NCBI GenBank assembly: GCA_965153285.1
Contig: OZ229129.1
Source of the DNA: Podarcis tiliguerta
Taxonomy: Eukaryota
Reading direction: 5' to 3' (one strand)
Length of the DNA stretch: 64,000 nt
The translations under genes were made by a program, and so were the position numbers. Positions within the stretch are counted from its first letter, which is position 1. Each line of letters opens with the position of its first letter. The notes beneath the pieces were generated by a model. That model was not told the origin of the DNA. It saw only the letters and a list, made by a program, of their open reading frames with translations, and made no database searches. This document shows, in pieces, positions 50,027 to 62,810 of this stretch.

Positions 50027-50387
50027 CAGTGGTGCCCCGCAAGACGAATGCCTCGCAAGACGGAAAACCCACAAGACGAAAGGGTTTTCCGTTTTCAGAG
50101 GCGCTTCGCAAGACAAATTTCCCTATGGGCTTGCTTCGCAAGACGAAAATGTCTTGCGATTTTTGAGTGTGTTTTTTGCTCCCCTTTTTCTAAAGCGCTA
50201 AGCTGCTAATAGCCTTTTAGCAGCTAAACCGCCAATCCCTTAAGCCTTTAATAGCCGTTAATAGCCCTTAAACTGCCAATAGCGCTAATAGCGCTAATCC
50301 GCTAATGGGCTTGCTTCGCAATACGAAAAAAACGCAAGACGAAAAGACTCGCGGAACGGATTCTTTTCCTCTTGCGAGGCACCACTG
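50027..50387. mobile_element. Tc1/mariner (Tigger-like) MITE
   Basis: TIRs CAGTGGTGCCCCGCAAGA and TCTTGCGAGGCACCACTG; TA TSD; empty sites GGGACTATAATATTAG at about 31556 and 63915. Confidence 0.95.
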
Positions 50388-51392
50388 TATTAGCCGTTTA
50401 GAAAGTGCAAACAGAAAGTGTTTGCAACTGTGATTGTAGTAATCATCTTTTTAAAATATAAACATTGCAAGTTCTTCCACAGTTTCTGCATGCACATCAG
50501 CTATATGTAATAAATAAATCATCATCATCATCTTTATACCCCACCCATTTGGCTGGCTTTCCCAAGGGACTCTGGGGGGCTTACAGCATATCTAAAAACA
50601 TAAAGCATTAAAAATCTCCTGATACACGGCTCAGGAGATCGAGAGGGAGAAGAAAGAGAAGGCAGGAAGGGTAACCATGTCAGACCACTAACTCCTCGAA
50701 ATACAAATGTCTTCCGGATAGATTGCCCATAAACTCCACCCCTTGGTCTAACACGGTTCCTCTTCCATGCTTAGCTAATCTGTTCTTCCTTCCCTCTCTG
50801 AGTAAAGAACACCTATACCTTTTCCCCATACAAATGTTTAACTTTAACATATAAAATACACACTAATATAAGCAACATCAAAATAACAAAAACCAGTATA
50901 ATCAAAGGGTGCCAAGCCAAATTTAAAATGTTGGTCATGGTAGGGCTCTATCCTGCAAAGATGTCTCACCAATGGTGTGTGGTTCAATCCTGAATATTCT
51001 GAGTGACTCTTCTTAGCTTGGCTTGTTTTACTACGGCAATATTAGTACTTTGCATTATAACACATTCCAAGTTTTTTTGCAATCTTCATGTACTTTCTCA
51101 TTCCTTTTCTATAAGCAGACTGAATCCCTCGCAAACACCCCATTGGATACCTGCAGCCACAAAACTCAAACCCTGCCAGCACTGAACTTTTCAGTTACTT
51201 CAACCACTCCACATTTGCTGAGGGTGCATTTGCATTCCTCACAGCCAGAGAGGGCGCTCTGCTTGGAAAGCAGCAAAGCTATAGGTACTCATTACTCCTT
51301 TTCTGCACCAAGATCAAATCCATTTTCAAAAAGCCTTTAGATTGGCTTCCCATTAAGTAACCCATTAGGGGTTACTTAGCTTAAGATTAAGA

Positions 51393-51648
51393 TGTTGCTT
51401 GTCCAAAGATACACCCTTATGCTGCTTGGCCCCTTCAACAGCACAGTTTAGGAGTTCAACTGCCTCTTCCCCATGGATAACTTTGTGGACTCACTAAAGT
51501 TTCTGGTGTGAATGTGGCTGTTCACCTGCCTTTGTGTCTTATTCAAAAGCCTGATTTCACTCTTCAGTATTCCCCTTATTTATGAAAAGCACCAGGTTAG
51601 AAGTGACCATTCTAGTGAAACTGCATCGCAAAAAGGCATTGGCAAATG
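51393..51648 (+). pseudogene. RTN4: Longest and most diverged RTN4 fragment
   Basis: LLVQRYTLMLLGPFNSTV*EFNCLFPMDNFVDSLKFLV*MWLFT versus RTN4 ELVQKYSNSALGHVNCTIKELRRLFLVDDLVDSLKFAVLMWVFT. Confidence 0.8.
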
Positions 51649-52469
51649 TCCTTTTCAGCATTTTTCTACACAAAAATTGATTCTTTCGCAAACATGCAAT
51701 CAGGTGGTATAGCCACACAGTTCACACCCTTCCTCTCAGGCAGGAATGCCTCCTTCAGGAGGTACAATGACCCACCATTTTCAGCCCCTGGAATCAGCCA
51801 GCAAGTGATCCACAAGAGCCAGACTCTGGACTTGAAGAATTCCAAGCACATTTATCTGGCTTTTTCATTCTCTCTGCAAGAGGAGAGAAGTGAAAGGCAC
51901 TGCTACATCTGGATCAGTCATTAGGGAGGTGCATTCAGGGATTAATTAACAAAAAAGAGGAGGGGATCCTAACAGCCATAAAGGGTGCTCTGCTTGGAAA
52001 GCAGCTAAGAGATGGCTGCTCCATCCTCCTCCTCCTTCTCCTTCTTCTTCTGCTGCTGCACAGTCAGTGCAAATCTTTGCTATCGCAATTGTACTATTGT
52101 TCTTTTTAAAATATTATTTGCAGGTTTTCCCACAGTTTCTGTACGTACATCAGCTATATGTACACTTCTCCCTCTTTCTATGCCAGGATTGTCTTACAAA
52201 CACGCCATCAGGTGGTACAGCCACACAACTCAAACCCTGCTATTAAAGAACTCCTGTCAAGACACTTCTGAAGTGGCCTCAAGTATTTCACTGAACTGCC
52301 AGTGCCCGCTTTTGGACATGCGCGATTCCAGAAAGGCCATCGACCCAGTGTGATCCAGCAGCAGCTCCTATGCAGCCGTCTGCTGTCACTTGGATCAGAG
52401 ACAAGACAACATACAAGAAAAATGTGTTTGCAACTGAGAACATTGGCTGGGTTAGGAGAAGGAATTTGG

Positions 52470-53560
52470 AAGTCAGCAGAGCGGAGGGCGGCGGGCTGCT
52501 CGCGCGAGCTGCAGAGGCGCCCTTCGTCCCCGGCAGCAGTGGCGCCTCCTCCTCCTCCTGCGCTTCTTCCAGGCAGGGGGATCATCCGGCTCGCTTTGTT
52601 TTAAAGGCTTCTTCCTCTGCCTAAGGCGAGATGAGCTGGAGGAACCGTGCTAGCAGGAGCCATGCAGCAAGAGCAGCAGCAGCGACGCTGCGTCTTCCAC
52701 CTCCTGTGAATTCCGACCTGGATTTTCCGCCGTCCAAGCTGCTCGCCGCTGCTTGGAACCTGCCGCTCTCTTGCTCTCTCCTTTGTCCCTCCCTCCCTCC
52801 TTACCTCCCTCCGCCTGTGTGACCTCCCGCTCTGCCTTTTCGCCAAGGCTTGTTTAAATGACTTGAGTGAAAGAGGGGAAACTGTCAAGATGGCAGCAGC
52901 AGGAGTGAGGAGGTGATGAGCGGGGTGGATGCTGGAACGAAAACCTTGGCAGCCCTAAAGGACGAGGACTCCGGGCTTCTGGACCTGTTGGAAGACCGGT
53001 GATTTGACTTGTCTTGGATCCCGAGTCTTCGCTCTCTTTCTCTCTCTCTGTCCCCCACGTTGAAGATTCGGATTTTTTAAAAAAAACTACAGCAGAGCGT
53101 GAGTTTCCCAGTGTTGTTGCTTCCCCCCTCTGCGCTCCCCCCTTTTTTTTTTCCTTTTGGGGGGGCAAAGAGGAATGGAGCAGGCGCGATCGGGTGCGTT
53201 TTAAGACTTCAGTTTCCCAGCTAAGCTGTTTTGAAGTCAGCGGCGGAGAAGGACTCCTGGAGCCGAACAGAAAGCGCCCGCCAAAGCAACAAGCAAGAAG
53301 AGACTCGTGGCTCTCTCTTTATTTTTAGGCGTGCGGAGGGGGAGAGAGCCCGCAGGAAGTGGTCTCTTTAATGCATACCGTGAGGTGCTATTGGAGCAAT
53401 CCTGCACGGGGTGAAAGATAAACAAACACACTGGCGCGCCACTGCGGAGATTTGCTTTCCGACTCTGCAAGGGTTGGGTGTTATTATTTTTTTTGGAGGG
53501 GGGGGGGTTCTTGCAAAATCGGCGCTGCTCAGGATCCCGAGGAAGAGGACGCACCTGGAG
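52470..53560. promoter_or_regulatory. CpG-rich 5' UTR or promoter-like segment, source unidentified
   Basis: Abrupt switch to high CpG sequence with CCT/GCA runs and CAAGATGGC at about 52887; no convincing ORF. Confidence 0.55.
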
Positions 53561-56411
53561 CTGGCTTGGAGAGAGATCCAACATGGCGCCGAGGTAAGAC
53601 GCGCTTACCGGTGCTCTTCGGATTTCTTCTAATCTTCTTTTAATTCTTTATATTTTATCTTAACTGACCCACTCAGTCTTTGAAGCATTTTATAATTGCT
53701 GCAGCTACATGCTATGGCAACTTTCTGAGATATTTGGCCCTGCTCCAGATTGCTGCAGACTGCTCCTTGTTTCTCTCTTATCAGAGGGTCGGCCTCGGCT
53801 GCTAAAAGAGAAGAGAACGCCACTATCCTAATTGGAGAGAGGACTCAAGAGGAAGACGCTGTGTGGTGTTAAATCCTGGATAAGTCATCGTTTGTGCCCA
53901 GGCTGCTGTCATAGAGGGTTGAGAGAGACCAGTCAAGCCAGGACATTTGGCACCCTACCCCTAGACATCTTGAGGCTGTCACATTTCAATACTTCTTCTT
54001 GTGAAAAGCTTTGGCAAATTGGGTCCGAGGTGTCCACGAAAGACTGATGTGGTAAGTGGATTTTACCGCAGTGGAGAGGAAAACTTCATTATTATTATCC
54101 ATCCAAGGAGCCTTCACCCACGGTGCCATCTTCTGGTGGTCTTAACTATCTTATTTGTGTGTTAAATGTTATGTTATTTTAAGAATCGTATAATCCTTGG
54201 CCTGAGGAAAGTATGGGTCAGAACAAACGCTTGAGAGACTTTGACGAGCCCCTATCATCCCCTAAACCAAAACTATAAAGGTTGGTTCCACACCGAAATA
54301 GAAGAGGGAGTGACAATGCTGAGCATTGCTCTGCGGTGGAAACCCAAAATCGCTTCCTACCTCTAATTGATTTGGAAGCCACTCCAACTTTGACTTGGGA
54401 TTTTTTAAAAGTAAAGCCTGTAAAGGAGAATACGAAAGAAAAACTCTCAACACAGGATGTCAGTTTAACATCTGATATGGGGGAGTTCCCCAGTTGTGAG
54501 CAGTTACACTTAGTAATTAAGACCCTTCACTGTATCTTTAAAAGGCTGGATGAAGTATCTTCACATTTATCCAATATCCTGCTGAAAGTCGAAAAACTTG
54601 AAGCAATAATACAATCTTCAGTTCGTGAGGTCAAAAACCTATTGCCTCACCCCAATTCAGATAAAAGAAAGGAGACTAAAATTAAATATATATTAAATTC
54701 CCAATTGAATAATCAGATATTAACTCTGCAACCCAAGAAAAGTTGCCTTTCTGTCAGGTCGGAAATAGGAAGACGGTCATCGCTAGAAGGGGCTAAAGAC
54801 TGTTTAAGCAAACTTTTAAAAATTAAGAAACACCAGATTGACCTTTATGCGGTGATGCCCCTGTTCCAACAGACCAACTTCTTGAAGGTGATACTTGCGT
54901 TCCACTCTGAAAAGATACCATCTATTATTGTTAGGCGGAAAACGCTTTTGTCCATGGCCGATATCGTAGCAACGAGGGTTTTTGCAGATAGCAAGATCAA
55001 ACCCCTTCTAAATAGGTGTCCTGGCGGTGAGGACATTAGGACAAGAGACTCTGCCTTACTTCAAAATACTGCCAGGCCCCACTGCGATGATTCTGCAGCG
55101 TGCCATTCTCGACCAATCTCGATACCCTCTCAAACAGCCATATATGAGGACGGAAACCTGCAGACTGCCCTTGATGAAAGGGAACTTATTGATTCGTTCA
55201 GAGCCCTCACTCCGAAAGAACAGTCGGTGATGATGCAAAGATTTGACACGCTTAAATCGCAGCTTTTGCAAGTCCAACACAGAGGGGAAGATACTAATGA
55301 TGCTTCAAACAACCCCACTTGGGTTCACCGGACAGAAGTGGTCGACCTTCTTCAGCTCAGCTCCACTTTGAAAACAAAAACCATCCTGCAAGAATCAAAT
55401 CTTCAAGTTGTTTCTGCCCCCAGTGCTATTCCACGAGACGACCAGGCTCTGCCATCCTCATTTAACCTTCATCTACATCCATCGCCCAACACACCTAAGG
55501 ACAAAACTCTGATCTCCCTGCCTGATTCAAATCCTTCTTTAACTCACTCATCTATGCTAGAGCTAGAATCTTCTCCAGTTTCAACCAGATATAGAAGTAG
55601 TCCACAAGTGATGCCCCTGAGAGAGTCTTCCACAATCACCGCCCCCGTGACGTCCCTTCAACTACCTTCTTTAAAGGAAAATGTGAATGTCACACTTCGG
55701 GACCCGTCGTCAGAAACGATTGAAGACCCGATGGGACGCATCAATAAAATCATCCTAATGCCTGATGATAAATCTGCTAGAGGGTCTCCTCTGACGGACT
55801 TAATTTCTTCCTCTCTGGGTATTTCTCTGTCAAGTTGTACAAAGAATTTCGAAATGAAGAGACTTCCTGTTCAGGGATCTACTTCTAGTAGATCATCCTC
55901 GGTGTTCCAACAGTCGAACCAAATTGTTAAAAAATTTAATTTGGAGGGTTCCTCACAGTTACCATCTTCCCAATGTAAAATAACTGATTTTTTTGTTACA
56001 TCTTCCGTCTCTTCCAGAGAGTCTGCCCCTCCTTCACTTTGACTATTAAAAGAACAACACAGAAGTCCCCAGCTAGCAGTTCTGAGTTGGAATATTGCTG
56101 GCTGGAAAAGGAAAAGATTAGACCCCGAATTTTTGTCCTATATAAACTCTTTTCAGATGATCCTTTTGCAAAAAAACATGGGAAGAAGATAAAATAGATA
56201 TAAATGGCTTTGAACTGATATCACTTCCAGCTAGTCCCTCCCAAAAAGGTGGCCGGTCCAGAGGTGGTCTTGCAATCGCCATATCTCTTAAAATGAGCGC
56301 TAAACTCTCGCTAGTTCAGACTTTTCCTCCTTTTGCCTTTACAGGTCTGATTTCAAGCGGAAAATTCTCCCTATTAATCACCAATGTTTATCTTCCTCCA
56401 GGTGGTCCTCC
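53560..56411 (+). mobile_element. 5' half of a LINE (RTE-X-like): UTR, ORF1, endonuclease start; 3' truncated by a TALDO1 module
   Basis: Shares ATGGCGCCGAGG with the 34.8 kb LINE; ORF2 begins LAVLSWNIAGWK...ILLQKTW..GGRSRGGL..NVYLPP. Confidence 0.8.
54282..56042 (+). CDS. LINE ORF1-like reading frame (probable original ATG at 54213, interrupted by a stop)
   Basis: 586-codon ORF directly upstream of the AP-endonuclease frame; coiled-coil-like segment and NRF motif. Confidence 0.7.
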   Translation: MVPHRNRRGSDNAEHCSAVETQNRFLPLIDLEATPTLTWDFLKVKPVKENTKEKLSTQDVSLTSDMGEFPSCEQLHLVIKTLHCIFKRLDEVSSHLSNILLKVEKLEAIIQSSVREVKNLLPHPNSDKRKETKIKYILNSQLNNQILTLQPKKSCLSVRSEIGRRSSLEGAKDCLSKLLKIKKHQIDLYAVMPLFQQTNFLKVILAFHSEKIPSIIVRRKTLLSMADIVATRVFADSKIKPLLNRCPGGEDIRTRDSALLQNTARPHCDDSAACHSRPISIPSQTAIYEDGNLQTALDERELIDSFRALTPKEQSVMMQRFDTLKSQLLQVQHRGEDTNDASNNPTWVHRTEVVDLLQLSSTLKTKTILQESNLQVVSAPSAIPRDDQALPSSFNLHLHPSPNTPKDKTLISLPDSNPSLTHSSMLELESSPVSTRYRSSPQVMPLRESSTITAPVTSLQLPSLKENVNVTLRDPSSETIEDPMGRINKIILMPDDKSARGSPLTDLISSSLGISLSSCTKNFEMKRLPVQGSTSSRSSSVFQQSNQIVKKFNLEGSSQLPSSQCKITDFFVTSSVSSRESAPPSL

Positions 56412-56670
56412 AGGACCAAATGGCTGTGGAGAAGTTGTCTGATGGAATCAGAAAGTTTGCTGATGATGCAGTTAAATTGCAGCTGATGATAAAGGAACGA
56501 ATGTTCAATGCTGCAAATGGAAAGTAGGCATGCCAAACTTATTGGAAGCTGTATGGCTGTACAAGCTGCATATGAATGTATCTTCTGTATTCCAGGCTTT
56601 TCATATGATTTTGCAAACTTAACATATTCTGTTTGGCACTTTTGTATATCAAAATTGATACTGCTGTGGG
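56412..56670 (+). pseudogene. TALDO1: TALDO1 fragment, copy 3 (UTR-only copy at about 58038-58165)
   Basis: [37 protein letters not shown]. Confidence 0.92.
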
Positions 56671-57117
56671 GGGGGGGGGTTGCAGATGACTAAAGGACCA
56701 ATTGACTTGAAGGCTCTTGAGACCTCTAGTCATCTTTCGAATGGACAATGTTGAAACAGAGCTTTATCAAATATGAATGCTGGTCTGTATGATCCCTATC
56801 AATAGTTCTTATTATTTCTTCATTCAGTGGGGATTGAAAGAAAAGTTATTTTTCACATCCAAAAAAACCAAGAAAAAGAAAAACATTTATTTGGATTTTC
56901 ATTCGGTCTGCAAAAGGAGAGAAGAAAGATGCAGTGCTTCATCAGGCACAATCATTAGAGAGGTTCATTCAGGGATTAATTAACAAAAAAGGGGGGGATC
57001 CTATAAGCAAAAAAGGCTGCATCATATTTGTGTTTCGTAACCCTTTCACATGCCTTTCCCTCTCTGAAAAGCTTAGTACAAAAAATTGAAAAGCTTAGTA
57101 CAAAAAAAAAGTTTATA

Positions 57118-57310
57118 GTGTGGGTGTTCACCTATGTTGTTGCCTTGTTCAATGGCCTGACACTGCTGCAATTGGCTCTGATTTCGCTCTTCACTATTCC
57201 CCTTCTTAATGAAAAGCACCAGGTGGAAATTGACCATTCTTGTGAACCAGAATCTCAGAAATGCACTGGCAAAAGTCCCACGTTAAACCCAGGGGTGAAG
57301 CGTAAACCTC
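57118..57310 (+). pseudogene. RTN4: RTN4 fragment copy
   Basis: [27 protein letters not shown]...PGVKRK. Confidence 0.9.
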
Positions 57311-57319
57311 AACCCCTCG

Positions 57320-58037
57320 AGTCAAGTTCAGAGCTGATAGCCCAGCCGAGGGGAATGGAGCTTTCGCCTGGCCAAGCAGTCGAGTGGGTGCAGGGTTGTA
57401 CCCAGGGAGGATTCCTATGTCGGGAAAAGTATCCCCGAGTGGGTCACTCCATTGTTGCAGCCCTGCAGACTAGACGGGAGGAGTATGACTACAAGGGACC
57501 ACCGCAATGACCAAGGGAGGTTTGGGCAGAGGACGACTATTGAGTGCCAGAGCGCCCAACCCAGGAAAATCGCCGACCAACGATGTATCAACCGCCTACC
57601 CCAGCCCTGGTTTACTCGCCAGGGAGCCCCACAGGCCAGTTCGATGGTACAAGGAAGAGAAGGGCTACGGCCAGCATCCCAGACCCTCTTACAAGTATGA
57701 AGGGCAGGAACCTCAGCGTACGAATGAATGAGCCCGAGTTATCGCCCTGCCCCAAGGTACAGCTATGACTAAGAGCCACGAGATGTGGTTCCAAGGTGCA
57801 TTACTCGTGAGTTTACCCTGAGGGATTTTGACTTACGTCTTTTCCCTGCGTATAAACCCCCCATGCATGTCCTGAGCTATCTGACTTTATTCGAACTAAC
57901 CTGCCGGGAACTGGAGCTTCCTTCAAGGCTGTATATGTCTATTCTGAAGACGTTGATTAGTGGGGAGTTGGCGGATCTCGTGGGCCATCTTCCTTTGTCT
58001 GACGCGCTAGACTATGAACGGTATAAACACCTTGTTT
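57320..58037 (+). mobile_element. Gmr1-like Gypsy gag fragment, copy 3
   Basis: Paralogue of 960-1690. Confidence 0.72.
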
Positions 58038-58597
58038 TGGAAGCTGTATGGCTGTACAAGCTGCATATGAATGGATCTTCTGTATTCCAGGCTTTTTATA
58101 TGATTTTGCAAACTTAACATATTCTGTTTGGCACTTTTGTATATCAAAACTGATACTGCTGTGGGGGGGGGGATTGCAGATGACTAAAGGACCAATTGAC
58201 TGGAAGGCTCCTGAGACCTCTAGTCATCTTTCGAATGGACAATGTTGAAACAGAGCTTTATCAAATATGAATGCTGGTCTCTGTGATACCTATCGATAGT
58301 TCTTATTATTTCTGCACTCAGTGGGGCTTGAAAATAAAGTTATTTTTCACATCCAAAAACACAAAGAAAAAGAAAAACATTTATTTGTTTTTTCATTCTG
58401 TCTGCAAAAGAAGAGAAGAAAGATGCAGTGCTTTATCTGGCACAATCATTAGAGAGGTTCATTCAGGGATTAATTAACAAAAAAAAGAGGGGATCCTAAC
58501 AGCAAAAAAGGCTGCATCATACTACTGTTTGACTCGTGTTTCACAACCCTTTCACGTGCCTGTCCCTCTCTGAAAAGCTTAGCATAAAAAAAGAAAA

Positions 58598-58736
58598 GGG
58601 ATGGATTTGGTGGGTCCCTTGCAGAAAACCAGTACTGGGAAGCAATATGTTTCTGTTATAATTGATTATGTTTCTAGGTATGTTTGGGCTACTATCCTGC
58701 CCAACCCTGCTGTATATCACCTAATGAAAGCTTTTG
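58598..58736 (+). mobile_element. Gypsy integrase fragment (partial copy about 41318-41425)
   Basis: MDLVGPLQKTSTGKQYVSVIIDYVSRYVWA, the start of an rve core. Confidence 0.85.
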
Positions 58737-61220
58737 GAGTAATATCTAATGACATCCCCAAAGACAAGAAAAATCTATTCCTTTCCACAACAGCAGCTGC
58801 CAGAATATCCCATCACTATTAGAATGGCAAAACAAACTCGGCAAGTTTGTAGAAACGGCAAAATTGACGGCAATTATTAGAGGCCACTCAAATCAGAGAA
58901 TAATTAGAAAGTGGGATGGAGTGAAGGAATACATGAAAAAACATGGTTCCGGAATTGAAATATTCATAGAGAATGTGTAAAACATGCAGGGGTAAGCAAG
59001 AAAATAATAATAAAATGAATTGAAAAATTATTAAATTATTAAATTATTAACAACACAACAAGATGGAGGAAGTTAAATATTGAGATCACACATGGGTGAA
59101 GGGGAGCGGGGGTATTTGGGAACCAATAATATCATTTATAATATAATTTGTTAATTTTGTTGTATTTACATACAACAAATGGAAGCCTAGAGTATTTAGA
59201 TATATTTTAATTTAGGTAATCTATATAATAGGCTTAAATTATAAAATGAATATGGATTTTGAATTTGATGTTTGTAAAAAAAAATTGCTTTTGAAAGAAA
59301 AAGCAAAAAAGAAAAAGAAACCATTTGAATCCACTGGAATCAGCCAGCAAGTGATCCACAAGAGCCAGATTCTGGACTTGAATAATTCCAAGAACATTTA
59401 TCTTCATTTTTCATTCTGGCCAAAATTATGCCAAGAACCTTTAACTAAATTTGGCATCAATTGTGTCTTTATTTGGGGAGGTCTTGGGGGCCTTAACACG
59501 CAAAGCACCAAAGTCAGCCGTGGAAATCTTGCAACATGTCATAGATTCCATAGGTCCTCTCCAGTTGTACAGAAGATAGAAGGAGAGAGAGAGAAAAGAC
59601 CTTGACTGGGGAAAATCTTTGCTGCTGCAAAGGTAGCATTTCTGTTTTTAAAATATATGCATGGGGCTTTTTTTGCAAAGAGAAGCATTTTCTGCGTGCA
59701 CACAATAGAGAATCAACCAGGCTGGCAAGCAAGGGGCAGTATCTCGAGGTTGTTTGCTTGCTTCTTCCACCTTAAGGAAGGAAAGGGTTTGCTGGAGAAC
59801 TATCAAAACTAAAGGGAACTCTAATCGAACCTAAATGAAAATATCTATCTAAAATGTATAATCTGCTCCACAATTCACACTCTGCCATCAAAGAACTTTT
59901 GTCTCACTTAAAACGCTCAACCTTTTCTGAGGATGCACACCTCGGAACACATAGGGACAGAAGAAGCTAAAATATTCTGCAGTTTGATTGCTCCCAAATG
60001 GCAGAATCTTCAGAGTGCTCCTTGCAGGCGTGTCTTAAACTTTAATGCCATGGGGCTCCAGCCATTTGTGCCATATGACCAAGTAAGGCATCTTTCCAAC
60101 TGCAGCAGCCCCATTTCCTTTGTCAAAGATGTAAAAAACACAGTTCCATGGCACAACAAGTAATGCCGTGTGAAAGAAACATTGGGGGAGGGTGGACAGA
60201 AGCCCTAACAAAATAATCAGGTAAACCAAAACAATAATCCACACTTCTAAATACAGCCTATGGCGCAAAACCATTCAATGTATAATCTCCTCCACAATTC
60301 ACATCCTACCATCAAAGAACTTTTGTCTCACTTAAAACGCTCAACCTTTTCTGAGGATGCACACCTCAGAACACAAAGGGACAGCGGAAGCTAAAAGGAC
60401 AGGCCAGTGACTTCTGTCTTGCAAGTAAATTTTTCAGATGACCCAGACCTTTTCTCAAAAGGGGCGGAAGAGGAAGAAAGATGGAGGAGAAATTGGAGTG
60501 TTAATACCCCCCCTCCAAATCTGGGGCAAACTGGTTGAGACGATAGCAGTGGGGAAGCTATGTAGAAAATCTTATTTTCTATAAGCCCCCGATTTTTCCC
60601 CAGCATAACTAATTTTTATTTGGCTTTGGCTTTCTGTAAATTTAATTACCTCAAAGTGTATTTCTACATATATAGCAGGAGACCAAAACACTGGAAAGAA
60701 AATACAGTCTTGAAGAGACTAGTAAATTAATTGTGATGCCTATGTTGGATTTCTATTTATTTTGTTGAGTCAGAGTACTACAATCAAGTGTTAGCATATA
60801 ACTTAGGATGCTTCTAGATTCCATGCTCTGTTTTCTGTGAAGCTCATTGTGTTTAACACAATGTGACAAATCAGGTAAAAACTGTTAACCTTATTGTTTT
60901 TTTCTGGTGCTGTCAGAGTGTATGCTTTTGCACATTTGAAGTGCAGTCTGAAAGAAAATTATGTATATAATAAATTACCCTCCCCCCTCCAAATCTGGGG
61001 CAAACTGGTGGAGACGATAGCGGTGGGGAAGCTACAAGAATTATTGGAAAACACAGATAATGAAATGCATTCCCCCCTGGGTTGAATCCTGGCCATGGGG
61101 GCTCAATCCCCCCAATATTGAGGGGGCCAACATCCCCCATTTGGTTGCTGTTATGGGGATGCAAATGACAGACACCATCAGCTGCAAGAGACACACGCCA
61201 TAGGGAGCTGAGCGGGACAT

Positions 61221-62810
61221 GCGGATAATCAGGAACGGAGCTCTCTAAGCGAGAAGCGGAAGATGCTGGCAGGCCAGCACAAAGAGCTGAAGGAGAACCT
61301 GGACCGGGGACAGCACGTGGTCTTGGACATCCTATGCAATTACCTCTTGGGGGAGTAGCTCCGAGACTGCCAGCATTTCATGAAGATGAAATCTGGGCTG
61401 CTCATAGAACAGCGCGAGCTGGATGACAAGATCAAGCTAGGACAGGAACAGCTCAAGTGCCTTCTGGAGAGCCTCCCCACGGACTTCATGCTTAGCAACA
61501 GAAAGGGAGCAGAACCTCCATCAGCCACCGGGACCAGCCGACCTCCCGCACCAGCATCTTCGCTCTGACCCTTCCAGACGCGGCTACATCAAACCTTTTC
61601 TTCTCAGAATTATTTAATCAGAAATCTCTTTTATCGTGTGTTTTTTTAAAAAAAAAAAGAATTGAGGGAGGATTTAATTATTATTTTTTAATTAATGTTG
61701 GGGTGGAGGTGGGGGGGAGAAACAGCACAGAAAGATTTATTTTTCTTCTTCGTCTTCTCCCGGAGATCACGATTTAAATCTGTTTGGAATACATTGGATT
61801 CTGGTGGCCAAGCAAGATGCAGAAGAGACTGGCAGCAGGTTCTACGAGGGAGGTCAGTAACTAATTATAAATAAACTCAAGCTGTCCCTGCTGAAAGAGT
61901 CTTGTCCCCCTCCCCCCTCTGAGCACCTGACGGTGGTTAAAATAATGAAGGATATACAATAATGAAGCCTTCATTAAAATATTAATGAGAGACCTGCTGT
62001 CTTGAACAATATCCATATTTATATTTTTTAAAGCTACAAGATAGAATTCTGTAAAGATTTTGTACATACACTAACCAGTTATCGATTCTACTTCAACATG
62101 TATGTAGGGGGAAAATGGTTAAATATTATTATTTTTTGTACTTCACATGGGAAAAGAAAGTGGAACACCCTCACCCCCCCAAAAAAAAAACCCATAGTCA
62201 CACATCATATCTAAATAAAGGACTCACCAGAAAAGCTACAGGCCAGGATCCAAGGATGTTTGCATGCAGAAAGATGTACTTGGTGAATGTCAACCCAGAC
62301 GTTGGATGTGGGTGCAGTTTGGCATCTCGTTTTCCCTGGGCAAGGACCCCCAGTCAGAGTGCTATGGCTATGACCTTTTTCTCCCTTTCCCCTGCATGGT
62401 GGGATCCAGTGCAGGTCCGTGAGCAGGGTCCCCCCCCCCCGTGTACCATCAAGGCGGCCACTGGATTGCAGCTTTTTATCTCTCTCAGTGCCCAGTGAAT
62501 ATTGTCAGTAAGTGACCTTTCCACGAAAGCGTTGCACAGCAAAATCCCGTCTTCCAGATCTGCAGTGCGAAGCAGCCGCCGTTGGAACAAGCACTTGTGT
62601 GAACCAAACAACTCAGGTGTCAACGTGAAACTGAAGCAAAGAGATACTTCCTCCTTGAGACTCTCTCTTGGGCTCTGTGATATTATTATTTTTTTTAAAA
62701 AAAAGAAAAACAGTAACAAGAGAAAGCATGGAACTGCATGCAGCCTGCAAACTTATTTGAATGACTTCTTGAGGTGGTTAATTGAATGTCCTTATTTATA
62801 GATTGCTTTA
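61221..62810 (+). pseudogene. SHROOM3: SHROOM3 C-terminal (ASD2) fragment with probable 3' UTR
   Basis: [77 protein letters not shown] (61221-61568), with an internal stop. The UTR end is estimated. Confidence 0.9.

Noticed and set aside
54282-56042. 586-aa ORF as a host gene
   Set aside because: It lies between a LINE-type 5' UTR and an AP-endonuclease frame, so it is best explained as LINE ORF1.
5689-61568. TALDO1, RTN4, VIM, ID3, SHROOM3 and FAM110B pieces as exons of functional genes
   Set aside because: They are truncated, several are intronless across known junctions, most carry stops or frameshifts, and they abut TE fragments.
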